From Candidatus Saccharimonadota bacterium (GTDB taxonomy: Bacteria; Patescibacteriota; Microgenomatia; UBA1406; GWC2-37-13): DNA of 32,000 nt. The stretch spans positions 1,071,690 through 1,103,689 of the forward strand of contig CP066689.1 of assembly GCA_016432445.1 (NCBI GenBank), given 5' to 3'. Within the stretch, counting starts at the first letter, position 1. Each line of letters begins with the position of its first letter. Made by a program: the position numbers and the translations under genes. Shown here in pieces: positions 12,899-23,000 of the stretch. The notes beneath the pieces were generated by a model that saw nothing but the letters and a program-made list of their open reading frames with translations, searched no databases and was not told the origin of the DNA.

Positions 12899-15800
12899 AT
12901 GGACAATATTAACAAAGACACAATTAGAAAATATATACAGACGTTAAAAGAACGTGGAGAGGCTGATGTGACTATAAAATCTAAGCTATCCTCTATTGAG
13001 AGATTCCTCAACTGGGCTTATAAACAGCACTTTATAGATCTTGAAAATTTTGAGCAAATGAAAAATGAGATTGATAACGTGACAATGTCAAATGTCAAAT
13101 GTCAAATGTCAAAAATGGGAGAGGGAGCGGGGCAAAACCCCAAGGATGATTCACGATTCATGATTCAGGATTCAGGAAAGCTAGGTGTCATTGCGAGCGA
13201 TCCGCCGACTGGCGGAGAGCGCGGCAATCCCATCAAGAGATTGCTTCAGTCGCTTCGCTCCTTCGCAATGACAATGAAGGGTCGAAATGACAAAGAATCA
13301 GTCAGAATGACTAAGATCTCAGATCAAAGATCTAAGATCGAAAATCGAACATCGAATATCGAACTGGGTATCCAACACTATCTCGGCTTTGCGATTTTTG
13401 TTATTTTTATGTCTGCTTTGGGCGTAGGGCTTTATAATCAGTTCTTTAAGAAAGTAGCCACTCCATTCGCTTACCCTTCTTCTCCCACTAAAGGGGCACG
13501 GACGTTATCTTTTCAAGGAAGATTAACTGACAGTCTGGGAAATCCTATCACGACTGCAACAAACTTAAGTTTCAGACTTTACAGCACTGGCACAGGCGCC
13601 ACCTCTCCCAACCTTTACTCAAGCGGTACTTGCGCTATCACCCCTGATGCGGACGGAATATTTTCAACTTTAATTGGCCAAGACTGTGGATCGGAAATCG
13701 GCAGTGATGTTTTTACAGAAAATGCCAATGTGTATTTAGGGATTATGGTCGGCACTGATGCGGAGATGACTCCCCGTCAGCAAATCGCTAATGTTGGATA
13801 CGCCATGAATGCTGAGACTTTGCAAGGTTTACCTGTTGGCACCGGTACGACCGTGCCTTTTATCCCTTTTGTAAATTCAACAGGAGTTTTACAGATTGTG
13901 GCGGCTTCTCCTAAAATACAATCCACGTCCGGTACATTTACCATTGAAGGAGTTGCATTGAGTTTGACCACGCCTTCTGGATCAAACGGAAATATTAATC
14001 TTATGCCTGACGGAACAGGTAATGTCGGTATTGGCACTACTGCCCCAGGCGCCAAATTACAAGTTAATGGAACTGTCAAAATTGTTGACGGCACTCAATC
14101 CTCAGGCTATGTATTAACCTCTGATGCTAATGGTCTGGCCTCCTGGACTGATGTTTCCTCTTCTGCCGGACCCTGGACATTAACCGGAAGCAATCTTTAT
14201 CCTGATGCCACAACTTACAATGTGGCCATCGGCGCCACCAATGCCGGCACAGCAAAATTATATGTTAATGGCAATGTTGGCATCGGGACAACCTCTCCTT
14301 TAGCTAAATTAGAAATTGGGAGTGGACAGATTTTTGTTCCTAATGGGAGCTACGCAGCCCCTTCATATTCTTTTAGTAATGATCCTGATACAGGAATTTA
14401 TCTAAACGGTAATGATTCTGGCAAAATAAGTTTTAGCACACAAGGAGCAGTAACATGGGAAATGACTGGTGATTTCTTTGGAAGTGCCAATGCTGGAGGA
14501 GCATACTTGACGAGTGCAACAGCTACTTCCACAACGCCCTCTATTGCTTTTAGAGGAGATGCTAATACAGGTTTAGGTTTTGCAGGTGCAGACATACTTT
14601 CTCTTATCGCTGGCGGAACCAACACCATGAATATAACCGGCGGCAACGTCGGCATCGGGACAACGAATCCAGGATATAAATTAGAGGTTGCAGGAGATAG
14701 TTCCTGGATTCATTTAGATGGTGGTAATGCAGGTTTGTACTCTGACAGAGGTGTAACAAACGATACTTCTGCCGTTTACTTCCAAACAGCAGGAACAACG
14801 AATTATATTGTAGGTGTTGGAGCTTATACTACAGGAACAAGATTTGATATCGGAAGCGCAAGCAGCTCATTTTTGACTATAGATACAAATGGTAATGTGG
14901 GTATAGGCAACACTAATCCTCAAGCAATGTTTGTAGTTGGTGTTGGTGTAACCACACCTTTCCAAGTCACTTCAACCGGAGATATTACAAGAATTAAAAG
15001 CATCACTTACAGCTGGCCTTCTGCTCAAGCCTCAACTGCGGGAAGTGTATTATCTAACGATGCAACAGGTGGACTCTCATGGACTAGTAATGCTTCTGTT
15101 GGCCCATGGACTTTATCAGGATCAGATCTTTTCCCTGACCTTGAATCTTACAACGTGGGTATTGGTACAACCACCGGAGCCGGCACTGCCAAACTTGCCG
15201 TCATGAACGGTAATGTCGGTATTGGAACAACGAATCCAAATTACATACTACATTTGAGAAAATTAGTAGCTGGAGATCTCGGTCCAACTTTATTCCTTGA
15301 CAATCCAGGCGGTGCGGCGGGCGATAAAGCTAATATAGACTTTGGTAGTACTCCAGGACCTACTACGAAAGCACGAATTCAATGGAATCAGGTGGCAAGT
15401 GGAAATGCAGAACTTTACTTTATGACAGATATCTCTGGAACATTAGCCAGCAGATTAATGATAAAAGACGGAGGAAACGTCGGTATTGGGACTACAAATC
15501 CTTCATCTTTTAAATTAGAAATGGCGGGGAATGTTGGACCGTCAACAAGCGCGGCTTATGACTTGGGTTCTGATACAAGAAGATGGGCAAATGTATATGC
15601 TAACAATCTCTGTCTGTCAGGAACTTGTGAATCTACCTTTGCTGATCTTGGTCCATGGGATTTGATTGACTCCAACCTCTTCCCTGATGCCACAACTTAC
15701 AATGTGGCCATCGGCGCCACCAATGCCGGCACAGCTAAACTTTATGTTAATGGTTTAGTAGGGCTAGGTACCACTGCTCCCACTTATGGCCTGACTATCA

Positions 15801-16540
15801 ACTCATCTTCTCCTGCGCTTGAATTTAGATACAACGAAACAACAGCTGGTTGGATAGGACATGCGTCTTCTCTTATTAGTGGCGGCGGAACAACTGATAT
15901 GGGTGTAAGAGCTGAATCAGGGAAAAACTTATTGTTTGGTATAGGTACGGCAGAAAAAATGAGAATCAATAGTGACGGCTACGTCGGCATCGGGACAACG
16001 AATCCAAGTTACCAATTAGAAGTTGTTGGCCTTACTGCTATAAAACCTTATTCTGCCACTGATGCTAGACTGATATATTTACACGCAAATAATGGTCAGA
16101 CAGCAATAGGACTTTATGACTCAAATAGTCAAAATCGAGCATATCTTTGGGGGACTGACCTTAGTGGAGGCGGTGGAAGTCTCATTTTACGAGACACTGG
16201 CTCTAATATCATGACTTATTTAAGTGCTTCAGATAAATCGTACATTACCGGTGGTAATCTTGGTATCGGCACCACTAATCCATTTGGAATGCTCCAAGTA
16301 GGCGCCACCAACTCACCTTATGTTCCAGCCTTGTTTGTCTCCACAGGTGGAAATATTGGAATTGGTACGACCAACCCTACCAGACAACTGACGATCGGCG
16401 GATCGGGTCAAATAAAGTTTTCAGGAGACTCTGACCATTATATTTATGATGAAGACGAAAATCCAAGAATCTATATTAAAAATGCGCCTCTCAAATTACC
16501 AATGCTCTTCCAACTCAATTTACATCTTCAGGTGATGTAA
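12899..16540 (+). CDS. Fibre gene, segment 1: cytoplasmic integrase-SAM-like module + repeat-derived linker + TM helix + extracellular GNVGIGTT-repeat fibre
   Basis: The track ORF is 12803..16540. I start at ATG 12899, which is preceded by AGGAG-N7. The N-terminus reads DTIRKYIQTLKERGEADVTIKSKLSSIERFLNWAYKQHF (SAM-like pattern). The TM helix is LGFAIFVIFMSALGVGLY. About 11 G-N-[VIL]-G-I-G-T-T-x-P-x-x-K-L-x-V motifs follow. It ends in an out-of-frame tail (APLKLPMLFQLNLHLQVM*) created by an indel at 16484-16491. Confidence 0.8.
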   Translation: MDNINKDTIRKYIQTLKERGEADVTIKSKLSSIERFLNWAYKQHFIDLENFEQMKNEIDNVTMSNVKCQMSKMGEGAGQNPKDDSRFMIQDSGKLGVIASDPPTGGERGNPIKRLLQSLRSFAMTMKGRNDKESVRMTKISDQRSKIENRTSNIELGIQHYLGFAIFVIFMSALGVGLYNQFFKKVATPFAYPSSPTKGARTLSFQGRLTDSLGNPITTATNLSFRLYSTGTGATSPNLYSSGTCAITPDADGIFSTLIGQDCGSEIGSDVFTENANVYLGIMVGTDAEMTPRQQIANVGYAMNAETLQGLPVGTGTTVPFIPFVNSTGVLQIVAASPKIQSTSGTFTIEGVALSLTTPSGSNGNINLMPDGTGNVGIGTTAPGAKLQVNGTVKIVDGTQSSGYVLTSDANGLASWTDVSSSAGPWTLTGSNLYPDATTYNVAIGATNAGTAKLYVNGNVGIGTTSPLAKLEIGSGQIFVPNGSYAAPSYSFSNDPDTGIYLNGNDSGKISFSTQGAVTWEMTGDFFGSANAGGAYLTSATATSTTPSIAFRGDANTGLGFAGADILSLIAGGTNTMNITGGNVGIGTTNPGYKLEVAGDSSWIHLDGGNAGLYSDRGVTNDTSAVYFQTAGTTNYIVGVGAYTTGTRFDIGSASSSFLTIDTNGNVGIGNTNPQAMFVVGVGVTTPFQVTSTGDITRIKSITYSWPSAQASTAGSVLSNDATGGLSWTSNASVGPWTLSGSDLFPDLESYNVGIGTTTGAGTAKLAVMNGNVGIGTTNPNYILHLRKLVAGDLGPTLFLDNPGGAAGDKANIDFGSTPGPTTKARIQWNQVASGNAELYFMTDISGTLASRLMIKDGGNVGIGTTNPSSFKLEMAGNVGPSTSAAYDLGSDTRRWANVYANNLCLSGTCESTFADLGPWDLIDSNLFPDATTYNVAIGATNAGTAKLYVNGLVGLGTTAPTYGLTINSSSPALEFRYNETTAGWIGHASSLISGGGTTDMGVRAESGKNLLFGIGTAEKMRINSDGYVGIGTTNPSYQLEVVGLTAIKPYSATDARLIYLHANNGQTAIGLYDSNSQNRAYLWGTDLSGGGGSLILRDTGSNIMTYLSASDKSYITGGNLGIGTTNPFGMLQVGATNSPYVPALFVSTGGNIGIGTTNPTRQLTIGGSGQIKFSGDSDHYIYDEDENPRIYIKNAPLKLPMLFQLNLHLQVM
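13085..13112 (+). repeat. Four perfect tandem copies of heptamer ATGTCAA inside the CDS
   Basis: Perfect atgtcaa units at 13085-13091, 13092-13098, 13099-13105 and 13106-13112. They encode MSNVKCQMSK. The unit length is not a multiple of 3. Confidence 0.9.
13148..13175 (+). repeat. Four tandem heptamers GATTCAN inside the CDS
   Basis: Units gattcac, gattcat, gattcag, gattcag, encoding DSRFMIQDS. Confidence 0.85.
13187..13272. repeat. 86-nt compound palindromic element inside the CDS
   Basis: Perfect 10-bp terminal inverted repeat: gtcattgcga (13187-13196) and tcgcaatgac (13263-13272). There is an internal hairpin tccgcc-gact-ggcgga (13201-13216). It encodes VIASDPPTGGERGNPIKRLLQSLRSFAMT. 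I recall peptides of this flavour as translated repeat elements in many uncultivated-bacterium proteomes. Confidence 0.75.
13323..13371 (+). repeat. Seven degenerate tandem heptamers (NANATCN) inside the CDS
   Basis: Units aagatct, cagatca, aagatct, aagatcg, aaaatcg, aacatcg, aatatcg, encoding KISDQRSKIENRTSNIE. They lie immediately before the TM helix. Confidence 0.8.
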
Positions 16541-17016
16541 GTATTGCTTATGATATTAACTTCACCAATCCAACCGCATCCTACATCAAGTCTCAAGCTC
16601 CTTTTTACATTCAATCTGGTGAATCTTTTGCTTCAAGTGACTTAACATTGGCAACATACAACTCCGGTGATTTAATGATGGATATTGGTGGAACCGGTAC
16701 AGGCACAGGAACGATTAAATTTTATGACTCCAATGTTAAAGGCGCCTCAACCACAACCGCTATCGCCTTCTCTGACTCATCATCTGACGTTAATCAATAC
16801 CGAACTAACTACACTGATGAAACTATCATTGGAGCTTTAAATGAAGTCTATGCCGCCGCACTTGGATCTTCCGGTTTCTGGCTTGACGGAGGAGATTACC
16901 TTTACCCCAACTCAACTTATGCAACCAATATCGTTGCTACCACTGGAAGAATTGGAGTCGGCACAACCAATCCATTCGGTATGTTACAGGTTGGAGCCAC
17001 CAACTCTCCTTATGTC
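16304..17016 (+). repeat. Intragenic cassette D, copy 1 (713 bp), carrying the frame-breaking indel
   Basis: Homologous to 28581-29330 with scattered, mostly third-position substitutions. The one major difference is that 8 nt (gcgcctct, 16484-16491) replace 45 nt of the other copy. Confidence 0.9.
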
Positions 17017-20000
17017 AATGACCCAAATGTAACCTCAGCCGTAACTGCGGTTTTAGACTCAGCCAGCGATGGCGGTGATGGGTATGGAAGCGGGATAACA
17101 TTTAACAGGATGCGGGGGACAATACCCAGTCCTACGGCAAACCAGGCAGGAGATACAATTGGTCAACTTATTTTCCAAGGTCGCACAGATGCCAGACACT
17201 CAGCAGCTGCAATCTATGCTGATGCCGATACCGGCTGGGGGGCAACCGGAACTGATTCACCGGGAAGGCTTAGATTTTTTACTACCCCTGACGGCTCAAG
17301 CACTTACGCAGAAAGAATGAGAATAGACAATCAAGGTAATGTCGGTATTGGGGATGCTTCTCCGGCATATCTTTTTACAGTTGGTGATGGAGATTTGTTT
17401 GGGGTTAACTCTTCAGGGTATGCCCTTTTGCCAGCCGGGGCAGCAACTACCCCATCTTTAACATTCACGGGGGACACAAATACCGGACTTTATAGTACAG
17501 CTGCAGATAAATTGGGTCTGGTGGCAGGCGGGACAGAGACAATGACAATCACAAATGGCAATGTCGGTATTGGGACAACTAATCCAAGCGAGAAACTTGT
17601 AGTTCAAAAGGCAGCTATTACTCCGGGAACTGTAACCTCTTATCATCTGGGTATTGGAGTAGGAACCGAGGGTGATGCTACTTTGACTCTGGGAGCAGAT
17701 AGTTCCTATGCTTACCTACAAAGCTGGAACAACAGGCCTCTACAAATAAACAACCAAGGAAATAACGTTATCTTCAATGCTACAGGTGGTAATGTGGGTA
17801 TTGGAACAACTAGTCCAGGGGAAAAGTTAGAAATAGAAGATAGTGGGGCAGCAAGGATTCTTATAGACGCAGGGACAACAGCACAAATTTATCTTGACAG
17901 AGGGGGTAATAGTAATGCTGATAGCTCTATAAATTTTCTAACCGCTGGTACAGATAAGTTTTCTATCGGGTTAGATAATGACAATACAGATAATTTCTAT
18001 ATAGCAAATGGGTCTATGACTGAGGCGAATAAAAAGGTCACAATAGATACCTCCGGCAATGTGGGTATCGGGACAACGGGGCCGGGGGCAAAATTAGATG
18101 TCAATGGGCATCTTAATGTGGGCGATACATTTTCTAACCCCGATGGCTATAATAAATTGATTAGAGTAGGCGACCCCTCTCATGCAAAAATCGTCGTTCA
18201 GGTTGGAACAAAAATAGGCCAATTAGTCACTGAATCTGACTGGTCTTATTTCCAGCTTGGCGCAAGATCAAATGACGATTTGCGGCTTATAGCTAATAAT
18301 GCTAATATTATGTCATTGACAACAACTGGCAACGTCGGCATTGGGACGACTAACCCTGCGAATAAACTGGAAGTAGTTGTTGGAACCAATAAACGAATTG
18401 CCATTGATGGTAACTTGGATTGGTCTTCATACTTTGGAGATCTTTCCACCCAAGGCCCAATTATTAGATTTTCTAGACCAAGTGATGGTGATTTTCTGGG
18501 TTTGATTGGTACTTATAATACTGCTGGTGGCAGAAACAACCTAGCCCTTTCCTCAAGAAATGATATTGTCTTTGATAGTGAAAATGGAACAGAAACCATG
18601 AGACTACAAACCGGCAATGTCGGTATTGGGACAACTGCACCATCCTTTAAACTTGAAGTGGCTGGAAATATTGGGCCGGATGCTAATGCCACAAGAGATA
18701 TTGGATCATCTGCCAGACATTACAGTACAATTTATGCTGACAATATCGTTGGTACCGGAGCTTTAGGTTATTGGAATAGAAATTCCACCTCCGGATATCT
18801 GTATCCGGCTACCATCACTGATTCTCTTGGTATCGGCACCACTAGTCCTTTTGGAATGCTCCAAGTAGGCGCCACCAACTCCCCTTATGTACCAGCCCTG
18901 TTTGTTAACAACGCTGGTACTAACGTGGGCATCGGGACAACAGCTCCTGCTTATAAATTAGATGTTAATGGATCGATAAGAGCCACTGAAGCTGATTGGG
19001 GCGCTGGAGGTCTTACTGTCTTTATGGGAGCTACAAATGCAGGCTCTCTTGGCACAACTGGCTCAGGGAGATTTGCTTTAACTGCAAGTGGTTCTGTAAA
19101 TGGCATGTATCTTTCAGGAGGAGGATCAAATATTGATTTTGCTTCCAATGCTCTAAATTTTAACAGTTCAGCCATGGTTCTCGACGCAGGGGGCAACTTA
19201 GGAATTGGAACTGCAACCCCAGGAAGTAAGTTTGTGGTTATGGGTGGCAATGTTGGCATTGGGACAACGAGTCCGTATGCTCTTGTTGATACCAATTTAC
19301 AGATAGCCAATTTTACAAGCGGGAATGCCAGTGCTTTAGAGCTTCTTGGAAATAGGACTACCGCAAGTGCACAGGTGGGACAAATCGCATTTCAAAATCA
19401 ACAATCTACAACTGCGAGTAAAGTTATTGCTAATATTCAAGGTATTACTGATGGAACCTATGATGCAGAATCAGGAGCCTTATCATTTTGGACAGCTAAC
19501 ACTGCTGGCACACTTTCTGAACAGGTCAGAATAACAAGTAACGGCAATGTCGGTATCGGAACAACTAATCCAGGACATGCTCTTGATGTTAATGGTGCTG
19601 TCAACATTGCAATTAATACTCCATATAGAGCCGCCGGTAATGCTATTTTAGGAACAGCCTCAAGTAGTGATACTTATTTAAGATCTTACAACGATGACAT
19701 TTTCTTTCAAGATTCATCTGGAAATAATTTAGCGGCAATCACAGATACAGGAAATTTAGGTATCGGAACTACTACACCAACTACTAAACTCTCCTTTGCA
19801 GGTTCTGCTGATGGATATGATGCTATCGATGTAGGAGGCACAGCTGGTAAACAATGGGGACTGTATTATGACCAAGGATCTTGGCTTGCAAGCCTTTTCA
19901 GTATTGATGAATTTTCATCCGATGGTTCGAGAACTCCTAGGCTAACGATTAACAACGGTAATGTTGGTATCGGGACAACGGCGCCGAGTGCACCACTTCA

Positions 20001-23000
20001 TGTTTGGGGAACTAATGGAGTAGTCGATATTGGCAAAGATGGCACTGGACAAAACTGGCTCAGGTTGTTTGGAACAAACTCAGATACTTACATAGAAGCA
20101 GATAGTAATGATGCTTACTTTACTACCAATGCAACTCATGCCTCTGGTGGATGGACTATTCCAGGTTCTGCTTTCAGCAGCTGGGCCATAGAAATGACAA
20201 GTAAAAATACCAGCGGAGAGAAATTTACTATTTATCACTCTGATCAAAGTTCAGCAACATTTAGTGAACGGTTCGTTATAGATGAAAATGGCAATGTAGG
20301 CATTGGGGCAACTAATCCGTCATCCTTTAAACTTGAAGTAGCGGGAAATATTGGGCCTGACGCTAATGCCACAAGAGATATTGGATCATCTGCCAGACAT
20401 TACAGTACAATTTACGCCGACAATATCGTTGGTACCGGAGCTTTAGGTTATTGGAATAGAAATTCCACCTCCGGATATTTGTATCCGGCTACCATCACTG
20501 ATTCTCTTGGTATCGGCACCACTAGTCCTTTTGGAATGCTCCAAGTAGGCGCCACCAACTCCCCTTATGTACCAGCCCTGTTTGTTAACAACGCTGGTAC
20601 TAACGTGGGCATCGGGACGACTAATCCAACCAGTTCATTACAAATTGCAGGTTCTACTCCCAGAATAGATATTGGTACCGGAATAAGCGGTGATTCAGCT
20701 GGTATTCTATACATACATAATTATAGTGCCGGACAAGATCGGCCTATGATTCTTCAACCTAATGGTAGCCCAGCAGGAATAGTCATGGCTGCTCCTTTCA
20801 CTATTCAAGGTAACTCTTTAACCTTTAATTATCATAATGGCTCTGCATATGTTGCCGGTCTTTCCATAGCTCAAACTTCAGGTGATGTCTATATTGCTCA
20901 AAATGGCGGCAACGTCGGCATTGGGACAACGGGACCGGATACAAAATTACATTTGTATGAAACTTCTGGCGCCTTGGTTGCAAAATTAAATTCTACAGAT
21001 ACTACAAGTTATCAAGCTATTGCTTTATTGGAAAGTGGAACAGGTAGTTACATAGAGCATATGAATAGCGCACATCCAACGGTAGCAAGAAGGAACAATC
21101 TTGAGCTTTATAACCAAACTGCGACTGGGGGTATAACTTTCCATACTGCAAACAATACGACGCCCAAAATGGTGATTGATTATCTCGGCAACGTTGGCAT
21201 TGGGACAACGGCGCCGAATGCTCCTTTAGAAGTTGTGGGCAATCTTTACGGAACAGGATTAAATGATCAGGGGGTTTATTTTAAAGATTCCACAACTGCT
21301 GCTCAAAATGTTGGTGGAAGTATCCTTTTAATGGGTAAAACCGGAACCGGAGACAATTATGCAACTTATGGAGAAATTCACGGAGGAAAAGAAAATGCGA
21401 CGGCAGGAAATTATGCTTCTTACTTGAACTTTGCTACCAGAGCTGATGGCGGAGCAGTAACAGAACAGATGAGAATTAACTCAAATGGCAACGTGGGCAT
21501 TGGGACAACTGCTCCAGCAGCTAAACTTCAGGTAGCTGGAGACCATATTCTCATTGATAACCTCAAGACATTTTCTGGCAAAAATACAAGTGGGACAGGT
21601 GTAGGGTTAATTGGCATTGACGATGGTAATGCTATCAATATTAATCGCAATGGGGCTGCTGTATCTACTGTTGTGAACATCGGTGCAAGTGATGGTATAT
21701 ATTTTATGGACAATTTTACTACTTATAATATGACAATTAAAGGAACAGGCAATGTAGGCATTGGGACTGATACCACCCCTGATTATCTTCTTGAACTCTA
21801 TGATGCTACTAATACCCCCACCTTTGCCCTGTCTGATGATGATGTAGCCCATTCATTTACAGATTTAGCCAATGCTGATACTTTTGCTCATCTCACTTCC
21901 CTTTCTACCACTGCAGGAGGGGCTCTTTTTCAATCATTCTCTGATGGTGATGCTTCAGGGTTTAACTTAAAAGTAGGTATTGGTACTACCGATCCTACAG
22001 ATTCTACCCCGGCCATTAAATTAATTGGAGGGAAATTATCTGGGACTACTTTAGGAGACCTGGCTGCAACTGAAACAGTATTGCAAATAGCTAACAATGA
22101 TGATGCAGCTGCTTTAACTATCCTGGGTAATGGCAACGTCGGCATCGGGACAACTAATCCGTCATCCTTTAAACTTGAAGTAGCTGGAAATATTGGGCCT
22201 GACGCTAATGCCACAAGAGATATTGGATCATCTGCCAGACATTACAGTACAATTTATGCTGACAATATCGTCGGTACCGGAGCTTTAGGTTATTGGAGTA
22301 GAAATTCCACCTCCGGATATTTGTATCCGGCTACCATCACTGATTCTCTTGGTATCGGCACCACCAATCCATTCGGTATGCTCCAAGTCGGCGCCACCAA
22401 CTCCCCCTATATTCCAGCTTTGTTCGTTAACAGCGCTGGTACTAACGTGGGCATCGGGACGACAGGGCCTTCTGCTCTTTTGCACCTCTACAAAACTGGT
22501 GCTAATGCTGATATAACCCTGGATACTACAGGAGATGCAGATAGATATAACAGACTATATTTCAATGCCGCCCGGGGCAGTAACGGACAAACTGTTGGTC
22601 AACTTAGCTTTAATAATGGCGGGGCAACTCCTGTAGCAGAGATTATTGGTATAAGAAGTGCAACTGCTACAACAGGATTTTTGAGTTTTTTTACAAGTAA
22701 TTCTGAGGCAATGAGAATAAGCAGTACAGGTGGACTATCACTGGGGTCAACCTATGTCAGCACAGACCCAGGGGCAGGAGCAATGATAGTAAGCGGCAAT
22801 GTCGGCATTGGGACAACCGGGCCAACTTATAAATTAGATGTTAGTGGTACAGCTCGGATTAACTCTACTACCAGCACCCTTCTTGATTTAACAAGCACCC
22901 AAACTTATGCTCAAATGCAATTTATTGAAGGCTCCACGACCAGAGGATATTTTGGTTATGGTGACAGTGGTGGAGTTTTAACTAATGCCTTACCAGATTC

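Noticed and set aside
16480-16540. Programmed -1 ribosomal frameshifting as the explanation for both frame breaks, since both are -1.
   Set aside because: There is no canonical X_XXY_YYZ slippery heptamer in either overlap zone, only a run of five A at 16478-16482 and GGGG at 27510-27513. The intact paralogous cassette shows that break 1 is a 37-nt net deletion. It is not excluded, but indel or assembly error is the simpler explanation.
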